Source of the DNA: a virus
Direction: 5' to 3' (one strand)
Length of the DNA stretch: 64,000 bases
IMG/VR virus record: IMGVR_UViG_3300043449_002292
Span: 64,001-128,000 of that record
How positions within the stretch are numbered: position 1 is the stretch's first letter; every line of letters begins with the position of its first letter. Both the position numbers and the translations under genes were made by a program. The notes under the pieces are model-generated. The model was not told where the DNA came from and did no database searches. It saw only the letters and a list, made by a program, of their open reading frames with translations. This document shows positions 1 through 7,704 of this stretch, in pieces.

Positions 1-542
1 ATGAGAGCACCACGTCGCCCGCCCTGCGCAACCTCACGGCAGGAGTTGGAGAAGCGCTCCATGAAGACGCCGATGCCATCTGTCGTCCGGGCAGCGTTGG
101 AGGTCGGCTGGCCCTTCGGGCGGATGGTCGAGATGTCAAACCCGACACCCCCACGCCTCTTCATGATCTGGACCTGCTCCTGATCCGTGAAGAGGATCCC
201 GGCGTAGCTGTCATGCGGCTGGTCAATCACGAAACAGTTCGAGAGCGACTGGAGCTGGTGCGGGTTTCCGATCCCAGACATTGGGGAGCCCTGCGGGACG
301 ACATCAGCAAAATTCTTCAGCAGATCATAGATCTCATCCTCACCCATCGGATTTGGATACTTCGACTCGATTCGAGCAAACTCACGTGCGAGCCGACGGT
401 GCATCATGTCAGGATCTACCTCAAGGATGTTATCATCCTTGTCACGCAGGGCGTATTTCATAAAAACATCTGGGGCCAGATCATCATTCTCGAAATAAGC
501 CGTCGTCCTCTCGAGGACCTCACCCTTGCTGAAAGACATCAT
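1..542 (-). CDS. nrdJ: Ribonucleotide reductase, class II (adenosylcobalamin-dependent) type, N-terminal part, truncated by the window edge
   Basis: Not in the ORF track; hand translation gives MMSFSKGEVLERTTAYFENDDLAPDVFMKYALRDKD...VPQGSPMSGIGNPHQLQSLSNCFVI...QIMKRRGGVGFDISTIRPKG...FMERFSNSCREVAQGGRRGAL, with RNR motifs SNCFV, GGVG and QGGRRGA. SD AAGGAG overlaps the helicase stop; start is 542 or 539. Class II is inferred from N-terminal style and lack of an ATP cone. Confidence 0.85.
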   Translation of the reverse strand, partial: MMSFSKGEVLERTTAYFENDDLAPDVFMKYALRDKDDNILEVDPDMMHRRLAREFARIESKYPNPMGEDEIYDLLKNFADVVPQGSPMSGIGNPHQLQSLSNCFVIDQPHDSYAGILFTDQEQVQIMKRRGGVGFDISTIRPKGQPTSNAARTTDGIGVFMERFSNSCREVAQGGRRGAL

Positions 543-548
543 TACTCC

Positions 549-1940
549 TTACTTGCTGCCGGTCACTTCCTGCCACTTCTTACGCAGGAGTTTCTTGGCG
601 TCGTTGTTGTCTTGCGTCATCGATTCCTGCAGCGTCAAGCTGTTCTCATCAAGAATTTTAATCCTAGACTGCGAGGTGTCGATGTGAATAGGAAAAAGAA
701 TCCCATCCCGCCCGGCTCGGTTCTTTGCCACGAAAAGCCGACCAGAGCCGTCAGCTTTTTCGCTGGGCTTTCTTGAGAGCGAGACGACGACATCGGCGAC
801 CATCGCCTTACCGTAGGCCTCGCTCATGTTCTCAAGCCCAACAACATCAGAAGAGGATGCCTCTCGATTTGCCTGGGATGCAGTCCAGATTGGGATGTTT
901 AGCTCCATCGCGAGATTACGTAGCTCCTCGTAAACGAGCTTCAGCTCGTGACGGAGCGAGTCGAACGTTCTGGAAGATCGCATGATGTCTGCATAATCGA
1001 TCACAACGAGGCTCGGGACGAAACCCTTCAGGTTGAGCTTCTCGATGTGATTCCTGATCGTCTGCACCGTCGCGGTGCCCGTCGGATACTCCTTGATGAT
1101 GAGACGACCAAGGTCCATGTTCTTGTAGGTCGCGAGAACGTCCTCCTTCATATCAGGAACATCGTTCGACGGAATGCCGCAGAGGTTCGAGTCGTAGCGG
1201 AGGCCGACAGCCGTCTCGGTGAGTTCGAAGGTGTAATGGACGACGTTCTTTCCCATCTTGAGGGCATGCGCGCCCATCGCCGTGAGCCAGTGTGACTTAC
1301 CAACACCCGTCGGAGCGACAACAACGCCGAGCTCTCCACGCCCAAGCCCTCCACGCAGGATGTCCTTACCATCTAAAACCTCGAGACCCGTTGGACATGG
1401 ATTACGATTGATCTTCACGAAGCGCGCCTCGGCATCCTCGAAGAAATCGTGGCCCGTGGTGTTGGCCATACCGACGGAGACTGCCTTCTTCATGAGATCG
1501 ACGACAGACTCGAACTTGTCGGTTGCGACCATCTCGACCGCCTTCTCGAGAGCCTCACGGAAAGCCTGACGCTTGCAGAAATCGAGAGATTTCTCCTTCA
1601 CGTAGCCGAGGTCACCGGGATCGGGATTAGCCCGCATACGATGCAGGAAATCGATGATCTGATCCTTGAGGATCGCATCGGGCCCCTGCTGCAGGTCCTC
1701 CTTGATGATGGAGACGAGCAGCTGCATCGTTGGGAAGCACTTGAACTTCTCAAAATGCTTGAAGTAGCGATCCGTTAGGAACGCGAGGTACTTCAGGTCG
1801 AAGTAATCAGGTCGCATAACCTCAACCATCTGGGCAGCCCAGACGTGATCGGTCAGTAGACCCTGAAAAATCTTCTCCTGAAACGACTTACCGTACTGGC
1901 GAAATAGTGCCTCGCCAGCGTTAATCTCGTTGGACGTCAT
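549..1940 (-). CDS. Replicative DNA helicase (DnaB/T4 gp41-like, SF4)
   Basis: Walker A APTGVGKS, H1a YTFE, H2 VVIDYAD, H3 WTASQANR, H4 VAKNRAG. Confidence 0.93.
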   Translation of the reverse strand: MTSNEINAGEALFRQYGKSFQEKIFQGLLTDHVWAAQMVEVMRPDYFDLKYLAFLTDRYFKHFEKFKCFPTMQLLVSIIKEDLQQGPDAILKDQIIDFLHRMRANPDPGDLGYVKEKSLDFCKRQAFREALEKAVEMVATDKFESVVDLMKKAVSVGMANTTGHDFFEDAEARFVKINRNPCPTGLEVLDGKDILRGGLGRGELGVVVAPTGVGKSHWLTAMGAHALKMGKNVVHYTFELTETAVGLRYDSNLCGIPSNDVPDMKEDVLATYKNMDLGRLIIKEYPTGTATVQTIRNHIEKLNLKGFVPSLVVIDYADIMRSSRTFDSLRHELKLVYEELRNLAMELNIPIWTASQANREASSSDVVGLENMSEAYGKAMVADVVVSLSRKPSEKADGSGRLFVAKNRAGRDGILFPIHIDTSQSRIKILDENSLTLQESMTQDNNDAKKLLRKKWQEVTGSK

Positions 1941-1948
1941 GAGCTCTC

Positions 1949-2914
1949 TTAAATATGAAGAAGTTGATTCGTCAGCTGGAAGAAAGTTCGTTCGCGGTCG
2001 AAGTTATTGATTCCGGACTTGACCAGCAACCGAAGATAGTCCATTTTATTGGCCTCTGGCCTAAATGATTCGAGCCCGGAGTCGATTTTCCCAACTTGAT
2101 TTCCGGACAATGACGTAACATCGAGGTACATCAACTGCCAGTTGAGTCGTGCCTCAGCAGCTCCTTCAACGATATTCCTGAAGAGCTGCGGACCTTTCGG
2201 CGTCGCTCGTCCCTCCGCGAGCTTCACGATATCATCCGGGTGTAACGTATCATCCCCCGCGATCTCGGGAAATCTCTTCGCCATCGTCTTCCAGCCAGCG
2301 CCGTCTATACCGGGAATTCCATCCGAGCCGTCACCTACGAAGCAACGAGTCGCGATGAAGTTAGCCGCCGTGCACCCGAACCGCTCGACCACGTCAGGTG
2401 AGGATACGAACATCTTCGAGGTTGGGCTCCAGATCCTGACGCGATCATCAAGAAGCTGGTAATAGTCCTTGTCGGATGAGATGATGACACATGGATCCTC
2501 CTTCATCCGGTATCGAGCGATGTAACCGATAACGTCGTCCGCCTCACAGTCGGTGACATAACTCTGTTGGACTGGTAAGAGCTTCAGGATCTGCACAAGT
2601 GTGGCAACCTGCCAGTTCCTGTTCTGGACCGTATCGGGTATATCACCCTCATAGTAGCGATTAAGCTTTTGCGGCTTCCGTTTAGCCTTGTACTCTGAGA
2701 ATAGAGCTCGCCGCCTGGGAGAACCTCCGCCCTCCCAGACGACGATGATTCGCTTCGGCCCCAATGCCTCCGCTTTCGCACCGAGATCATTCAGGAATCC
2801 GACGATACCACCGACTGCCTGCCCATTTGCACCCAAAGTTGGATTTGCGCAGAAATGGCGCGTAAACAAATTGAGCCCGTCCGCCAGGACAATCGGCCTA
2901 CCCTTCAACATCAT
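1949..2914 (-). CDS. 5'-3' exonuclease / flap endonuclease (T4 RNase H / Pol I N-terminal domain-like)
   Basis: LADGLNL, RRALFSEYKAKR, CEADDVIG, SSDKDYYQL and H3TH motif GDGSDGIPGIDGAGWKT. Confidence 0.92.
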   Translation of the reverse strand: MMLKGRPIVLADGLNLFTRHFCANPTLGANGQAVGGIVGFLNDLGAKAEALGPKRIIVVWEGGGSPRRRALFSEYKAKRKPQKLNRYYEGDIPDTVQNRNWQVATLVQILKLLPVQQSYVTDCEADDVIGYIARYRMKEDPCVIISSDKDYYQLLDDRVRIWSPTSKMFVSSPDVVERFGCTAANFIATRCFVGDGSDGIPGIDGAGWKTMAKRFPEIAGDDTLHPDDIVKLAEGRATPKGPQLFRNIVEGAAEARLNWQLMYLDVTSLSGNQVGKIDSGLESFRPEANKMDYLRLLVKSGINNFDRERTFFQLTNQLLHI

Positions 2915-4110
2915 GCCTCCGGGTCGATGTCAGCGCCGACCATCTGGTCCTTCAGCGCGCGCATCTCCTCGTATGACTCTGGATCGATATCAAGATCCGC
3001 CGTGCTCACCGAGGTGCGAATGAGTGCCTTCTCGAGGAGCCCATCGATCCATGGCTTGTACTGCGGATCCGCCCACATCTCACCGAAGTCGGACTTGTGG
3101 AACTTCTTCTCGATGATGTTCTCATTCTTCTCATTAACGACCCGCATCGTCTTCCAGGCGCCAGCGCCCTCAATCTCGACCTGATGGTCGTTCACCATGT
3201 CGGGACCGTGCTCGCGAAGGACATCGAAGACCTCCTCATGCTCCTCGATGCCCTTACCGAAGATGATCCGGAAATGGACCTTTCGGAAAGGAGGGGCGAC
3301 TTTGTTCTTGATCGTCTTCGCCCAGACGTTGATGCCAATCGCCTCACCCTGCTTGTTCTCGATGGGAGCGCCGGCACCGAGCTTGAGACGGACCGAGGCA
3401 TGGAACGGGATCGCCATGCCGCCGGGGGTCGTCGTTGGATCGCCATGCATGACGCCGATCTTCGTGCGGATCTGGTTTAGGATGACGAAGAGGACGTTCT
3501 GATCGCCGATGACGCCGGTGATCTTGCGCATGCCCTTCGAGATCGCTCGAGCCTGGAGACCGATCGTGTCCTTATCGTAGGCACCCTCGAGCTCAGCCTT
3601 CGGGGAGCTCGCTGCGACCGAGTCCCAAATGATCGTGATCGGAACATCCTTCGCCATCGCCTTTGCCTTCAGGATCGTCTTCTCGGCGATGTCAAGCACC
3701 TCCTCGGTGCAGTGAGTGTCGACGTAGACGAATCGCTTCGAGACGTCGACGCCGAGCGCCGCGAGATTCTCGACCGAGGTGCCGTTCTCGGTGTCGATGT
3801 AGACCACGATACCACCCATCGACTGGGTGGAACGGGCGATCTGCGTTGCGATGTGGCTCTTACCGATCGAGGGCGGACCGAAGATCTCAACAATTCGACC
3901 CTCCGGTAGTCCACCGTTCGCACGATTGGCGACGATTAGATCGAGCTGCTTCGAGCCGCTTGAGATCCAGCGCTTCACGTGAGTCGGTGACGTATCGACC
4001 GCCAAGTTGTAGGCGATCCGTGATCCATGATCCTTGTTGAGGGACGAGATGAGCTCACTGGTAAAATCATCAGCAGCCGTCTTCGCTGCTGCAGCATCCT
4101 TCTTTGCCAT
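2911..4110 (-). CDS. recA: RecA/UvsX-family recombinase
   Basis: GGLPEGRIVEIFGPPSIGKS, YIDTEN, IWDSVAA, IGLQAR, NQIRTKIG, TTPGG, KNKVAPPF. Confidence 0.95.
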   Translation of the reverse strand: MAKKDAAAAKTAADDFTSELISSLNKDHGSRIAYNLAVDTSPTHVKRWISSGSKQLDLIVANRANGGLPEGRIVEIFGPPSIGKSHIATQIARSTQSMGGIVVYIDTENGTSVENLAALGVDVSKRFVYVDTHCTEEVLDIAEKTILKAKAMAKDVPITIIWDSVAASSPKAELEGAYDKDTIGLQARAISKGMRKITGVIGDQNVLFVILNQIRTKIGVMHGDPTTTPGGMAIPFHASVRLKLGAGAPIENKQGEAIGINVWAKTIKNKVAPPFRKVHFRIIFGKGIEEHEEVFDVLREHGPDMVNDHQVEIEGAGAWKTMRVVNEKNENIIEKKFHKSDFGEMWADPQYKPWIDGLLEKALIRTSVSTADLDIDPESYEEMRALKDQMVGADIDPEA

Positions 4111-4125
4111 GTTGACTCCTTCGAT

Positions 4126-4154
4126 ATTCTAAATTGCTTACCTGAAATGTGCAA
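4126..4154 (-). promoter_or_regulatory. Sigma70-like promoter for recA
   Basis: TTGCAC (4154-4149), 17 nt spacer, TAGAAT (4131-4126), followed by SD AAGGAG and ATG at 4110. Confidence 0.7.
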
Positions 4155-4182
4155 AGGGCGGAGAGGTTTAACCCTTCCGCCC
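4146..4182 (-). terminator. Probable intrinsic terminator downstream of the SSB gene
   Basis: GGGCGGAAGGG-TTAAA-CCTCTCCGCCC hairpin (one mismatch, one G-U) followed by TTTGCACATT. Confidence 0.6.
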
Positions 4183-4207
4183 CCGCATCAATCACCGGAC
4201 CCTGGAA

Positions 4208-5038
4208 TCAGAACCCGCTGTCCTCGAGATCAGCGAACGCGTCATCGAGATCACGGGCTGCTGCCTTCGGACCGCCGCCCGACTTCTTCGCCGGCTTCGG
4301 ATCATCGTCATCGAACGATGCGAGCTTGCTGTCGGTCTCACTCTTTGCAGGACCACCACGGCTCGTGCCGGAGTCGCTCGAGGCACCACCGTTGATCCAA
4401 TCATTGACGATCTTCTCGATCTCCTCGTAAGGCTTGAGGTTCACCGCCTCATCGACCTCGGGGATCGAATCAAGCCACTTCTTCGCCTGGGCGGAATCAC
4501 GGCTGAGGGGCTCAACCTTCGCACGGGGAGAAACCTTCGTATCGGCAAACTGCTTACCGGGCAGCTTCGAGACCGTCACGCGGATGTCACGACCCTCGAG
4601 CGGATCGGTGATATCGCCGTAGTCCTCATCGAGCATGAGGTTGAGGATGTCCTGGTAGACCATCTTACCGAAGGACCAGATACGGACGCCCTTGTCCTCC
4701 TCACCGCGGACGATGACCGGAGCGAAGGTGCGCATCTTCGGGGCGACCTTCTTCGCGAGCTCACGGCTCGTGTCGCTGCCCTCATCGTAGAGCTTACCAC
4801 GAAGCTCCTTGATTGGATCGGGCTTGCCAAACTGGAACGGAGCGAGGATACCCGGACTGTTGCCGATGTTGTAGTAGTACCAGCGATCCTTGAAGGGCTG
4901 ACCGTCGTTGTTCGGGAACGCCAGGAGTCGAACCGTGTACTCCTTGCCCTCCTCAGGCTTCCACTGCTGGTCACGCTTGTTGTTCTTACCGGAGAGTTCG
5001 CCGAGCTTGCGGCGGATTGCGTCTAGATCGATTGCCAT
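4208..5038 (-). CDS. Single-stranded DNA-binding protein (T4 gp32-like)
   Basis: WKP..G..YTVRLL, IVRGEEDKGVRIWSFGK, YGDITDPLEGRDI, acidic/aromatic C-tail DLDDAFADLEDSGF; adjacent to recA. Confidence 0.85.
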   Translation of the reverse strand: MAIDLDAIRRKLGELSGKNNKRDQQWKPEEGKEYTVRLLAFPNNDGQPFKDRWYYYNIGNSPGILAPFQFGKPDPIKELRGKLYDEGSDTSRELAKKVAPKMRTFAPVIVRGEEDKGVRIWSFGKMVYQDILNLMLDEDYGDITDPLEGRDIRVTVSKLPGKQFADTKVSPRAKVEPLSRDSAQAKKWLDSIPEVDEAVNLKPYEEIEKIVNDWINGGASSDSGTSRGGPAKSETDSKLASFDDDDPKPAKKSGGGPKAAARDLDDAFADLEDSGF

Positions 5039-5178
5039 GATGTTTTAGTTTTCCTTGATTGATTGTTGTTGATAGACAGGGAGTTTCGGCTTTCGCTTCC
5101 CCTCCCCGGGGTTACCCGATGTCCCGCCTTTAGGGCCAAGACATAGGGAGATTGTAATGGGTTCTTTTGATGTTTTCA
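5039..5178 (-). promoter_or_regulatory. Promoter (CTGAAA-17-TACAAT) and structured 5' leader of the SSB gene
   Basis: TACAAT at 5156-5151, then about 75 nt of GC-rich stem-loops, then an unstructured A/C-rich run with AAGGA before ATG 5038. Confidence 0.55.
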
Positions 5179-5451
5179 GCGCTTCTTGCGCTTTCCCTTA
5201 CCGAGACCGCCGAACGAACGCCTTGCAACGTTGGTGATATCACGACGTGGACCGGGAGGGCGCATGCCGAGCGGCAGCGTGTAACCAGCGACCGCACCAG
5301 CACCGGAGAACTCATCGAGCTCCGCCTCTTCCATGCTGCAGCTGTGCCCCTCACCTTCCTCATACATCACTCCGCACTCAGAGCAGCGACGCATGCCCTC
5401 AAGAGCTTCCATGATCATAAGGCGAAGAGATGAGCGATCTAGCGTGTCCAT
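5176..5451 (-). CDS. Small hypothetical protein with CxxC..HxC motif; probable late/internal head protein
   Basis: N-terminal LDRSSLRLMIMEAL helix, CSEC...HSC, LDEFSGAGAVAGYTLPLG, basic tail; ATAATTAA motif 4 nt upstream of ATG. Confidence 0.7.
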   Translation of the reverse strand: MDTLDRSSLRLMIMEALEGMRRCSECGVMYEEGEGHSCSMEEAELDEFSGAGAVAGYTLPLGMRPPGPRRDITNVARRSFGGLGKGKRKKR

Positions 5452-5459
5452 ACTCTTAA

Positions 5460-6044
5460 TTATTCAGTTCCGACCTTTCTGACAAGGATATCACGCGCAG
5501 AACGCAGGAGAATTGTGAGCGTCGGCTCGGCAGTAGGAGCAAGTCGACTCTCGACCCAATCAGGCGGGCGACTCGGTCCACGGATCGCCATGAACTCCTC
5601 CTCGGTGAGCTTCACGTCGTAGTGTTGAAGCAGGAAGAGCGAACGCTCGGGGATCGTCATCCGCGACATTCCCTCGTTCGGCTTGTAGAAAGCTCCGAGC
5701 TTCTCACGACGCCAGCCCTCCTCCTCAGGAACGAAGTAGGGCTCCTCGAGGTTGCCGACCTTACCGACCTCATGCAGGAGGCCGACGATGAGGATCGACT
5801 CCGTCGTTGCTCCCATCTCGAAGGTATCGTTGATTCGTTTCATACCCTTCGCAACAGTGATCGCCTGCTGGACGAGCCCACCCGGTTCGCAGCCGGGACT
5901 GTCGTTACGCGGCTCAGCCGGGCACATGAGAAGACGCTCACCGAGCTCATCCATCATGCGGGTGAGACCCTCACCGCGGTTGATCTTATCAACGAGCTTG
6001 GCGTAGCTCGTCCAGAGGTCAGTCAGCTCTCGTTCGTTCATCAT
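5460..6044 (-). CDS. HD-domain-fold protein with degenerate metal ligands
   Basis: Scaffold CPA......PGGLVQQAITV...GLLHEVGKVG...PERSLFLLQHY.VKLTEEEFMAIR resembles phage/YhaM-like HD proteins, but the His/Asp ligands are replaced. Confidence 0.7.
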   Translation of the reverse strand: MMNERELTDLWTSYAKLVDKINRGEGLTRMMDELGERLLMCPAEPRNDSPGCEPGGLVQQAITVAKGMKRINDTFEMGATTESILIVGLLHEVGKVGNLEEPYFVPEEEGWRREKLGAFYKPNEGMSRMTIPERSLFLLQHYDVKLTEEEFMAIRGPSRPPDWVESRLAPTAEPTLTILLRSARDILVRKVGTE

Positions 6045-6049
6045 GGGTT

Positions 6050-6078
6050 ATTATTACATGACGCCGCGAGATTTGCAA
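6050..6078 (-). promoter_or_regulatory. Sigma70-like promoter, leaderless geometry
   Basis: TTGCAA-17-AATAAT, then 5 nt to ATG 6044; no SD. Confidence 0.55.
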
Positions 6079-6085
6079 ACTTGAA

Positions 6086-6499
6086 TTAGCCCCAGTGAAT
6101 CCAGAGGCCGTTCGACAAGGCGTCGACCTTCAACCGTGTTGGAAGGGCGATCCTATCCGTCTTCTCAGCAGCCCATAACGTTGATTTGATCATTCTGATC
6201 GCGACAGCTGGGCTATAATCCATCAGATCCGATGAGACACTGATCGAGATGCCATTTCTAGACACGTATTTCTGCGGCTCTCCGAAGATTCCACGCAGCA
6301 CCTCTGACTTTGCTGCTATCCTGATTACGTCATAGATGTCCTGCAGCCAATCCTCTCCGCCGCCCATGAATCTCGATAGATCGAGTCCGTTGATTATCTG
6401 CTCGGGATCTCTCTCCACCAAGCCCAGATCGTTCCACCCAGGCGGAGCGTCACCGAACCCCTTGTACTTACCCTGCAGCTTGCGTCTGATCGCTGACAT
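6086..6499 (-). CDS. Hypothetical protein
   Basis: 137 aa ORF filling the gap, strong SD GAGGAGGAG, near-consensus late motif ATACATAG at 6519-6512. Confidence 0.7.
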   Translation of the reverse strand: MSAIRRKLQGKYKGFGDAPPGWNDLGLVERDPEQIINGLDLSRFMGGGEDWLQDIYDVIRIAAKSEVLRGIFGEPQKYVSRNGISISVSSDLMDYSPAVAIRMIKSTLWAAEKTDRIALPTRLKVDALSNGLWIHWG

Positions 6500-7670
6500 G
6501 TTGCTCCTCCTCTATGTATGCAGGAGAGAGGGAAAGCTCAAAGTGACCCAGGCCCTCAACATCGAGGCCACGACGTGTGAGTGCCGCGAGTCGATCCACG
6601 CTTCCGGGATGTACGTCAACCAGCAGGGCATCGTGGAGAACATAGCAGGGGATGACGTCGAGATCCTCTGCCTCGATGCTCTCCAGCAGGTCGCCGAATC
6701 CACCGAGAGCGACATCCACCGCGGTCGACTGCGTGAAGTGTGAGATGAGCAGGTGCTGCTCGGTCGCCTCCGGGAGGGGGCGTCCCCAGTGACTCCTGAT
6801 CGCCCCCTCCCGCGCGAGCTCGGACGACAGGCGCCCCCGCAGGCCTGAGAGTCCAAAGTAATCCTCGATCTGCTTGATCACCCGCGTGTTAATGGACCCA
6901 AGCTCCTCTGTGATACCAGCGCGTGATGAGCCGTAAAGCATCTTCAACGTGGCAAGCTTCACCTGCCTGCGATTCGCAGCCCCTCCGAGCCTCTCTGCGA
7001 CATCAGAATAGATGTCAACAGGTGCAGACCCATTGGCGAGTAGACGTAGGACTCGGGGCTCGAGGGACACAAAATCGATCTGCGTCATCCGTCCACCATC
7101 GAATCGGCTCGCGAGGATCCTCCGGTGATCCTTCTGCAGCGTGAGAATTCGCGGGCCCTCCCTCACGGTAAGGCGACCCGTCGCCGTCGCATGGGAGTAG
7201 ATAGGTGGCTGGCACATGAAATCCGGACCTGGCTCGAAGCTGTCAAGCACGCTCGTCGATGATCGTCCCTGCTCGATGCGGAGGGAGGAAAGGTCAACCC
7301 GGCAGGGCTGCAGCTTCGAAAGAACCCGGCGGGAGCCTGCAAGACAATCCGCGTAATCGCCCAGTGCCTCAAGGGTGTCCAGGACCGTGCCCTCGATCCC
7401 TCGCAGGTGCTCACCGAGGATGCGCTGCGGGATCACGAGCGGCCATGGAATGGGACCGCGAGCGAGACCCTCCATCGAGAGACGATACTCTGCCGGAATG
7501 AAGTCCGGAACCTCATGCCCGATCGTTTCCATGAGCGCGCCCAGGGACCTTATCTGGGTGTGATCACCCAGGATCCACGACGAATCAGGGGCACGACCCC
7601 ACGAGACCTGCGCTTCATCGATAACAAGATCGCGAGCTGAGTTGAGCGCTCGACCTGAGATTGCAAGCAT
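6468..7670 (-). CDS. Minimal family A DNA polymerase-like protein (palm/fingers, no exonuclease domains)
   Basis: TATGRLT, motif A QIDFVSLEPRVL, motif B RRQVKLATLKMLYG, FTQSTAVD, motif C VLHDALLVD. Confidence 0.85.
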   Translation of the reverse strand: MLAISGRALNSARDLVIDEAQVSWGRAPDSSWILGDHTQIRSLGALMETIGHEVPDFIPAEYRLSMEGLARGPIPWPLVIPQRILGEHLRGIEGTVLDTLEALGDYADCLAGSRRVLSKLQPCRVDLSSLRIEQGRSSTSVLDSFEPGPDFMCQPPIYSHATATGRLTVREGPRILTLQKDHRRILASRFDGGRMTQIDFVSLEPRVLRLLANGSAPVDIYSDVAERLGGAANRRQVKLATLKMLYGSSRAGITEELGSINTRVIKQIEDYFGLSGLRGRLSSELAREGAIRSHWGRPLPEATEQHLLISHFTQSTAVDVALGGFGDLLESIEAEDLDVIPCYVLHDALLVDVHPGSVDRLAALTRRGLDVEGLGHFELSLSPAYIEEEQHVSDQTQAAG

Positions 7671-7675
7671 GCTGA

Positions 7676-7704
7676 ATAGTAACCTGGGTCAGGATCAATT
7701 TCAC
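7676..7704 (-). promoter_or_regulatory. Sigma70-like promoter, leaderless geometry
   Basis: GTGAAA-17-TACTAT, then 5 nt to ATG 7670; no SD. Confidence 0.55.

Noticed and set aside
5075-5150. Possible HDV-like/theta ribozyme (GGGUAAC...GCGAA plus UUGGC/GCCGA pairing) or c-di-GMP riboswitch
   Set aside because: The P3/L3 loop lacks the pyrimidines needed for P1.1, P1 is short without the expected first pair, and the c-di-GMP-like words are on the non-coding strand. Kept only as an unclassified structured leader.
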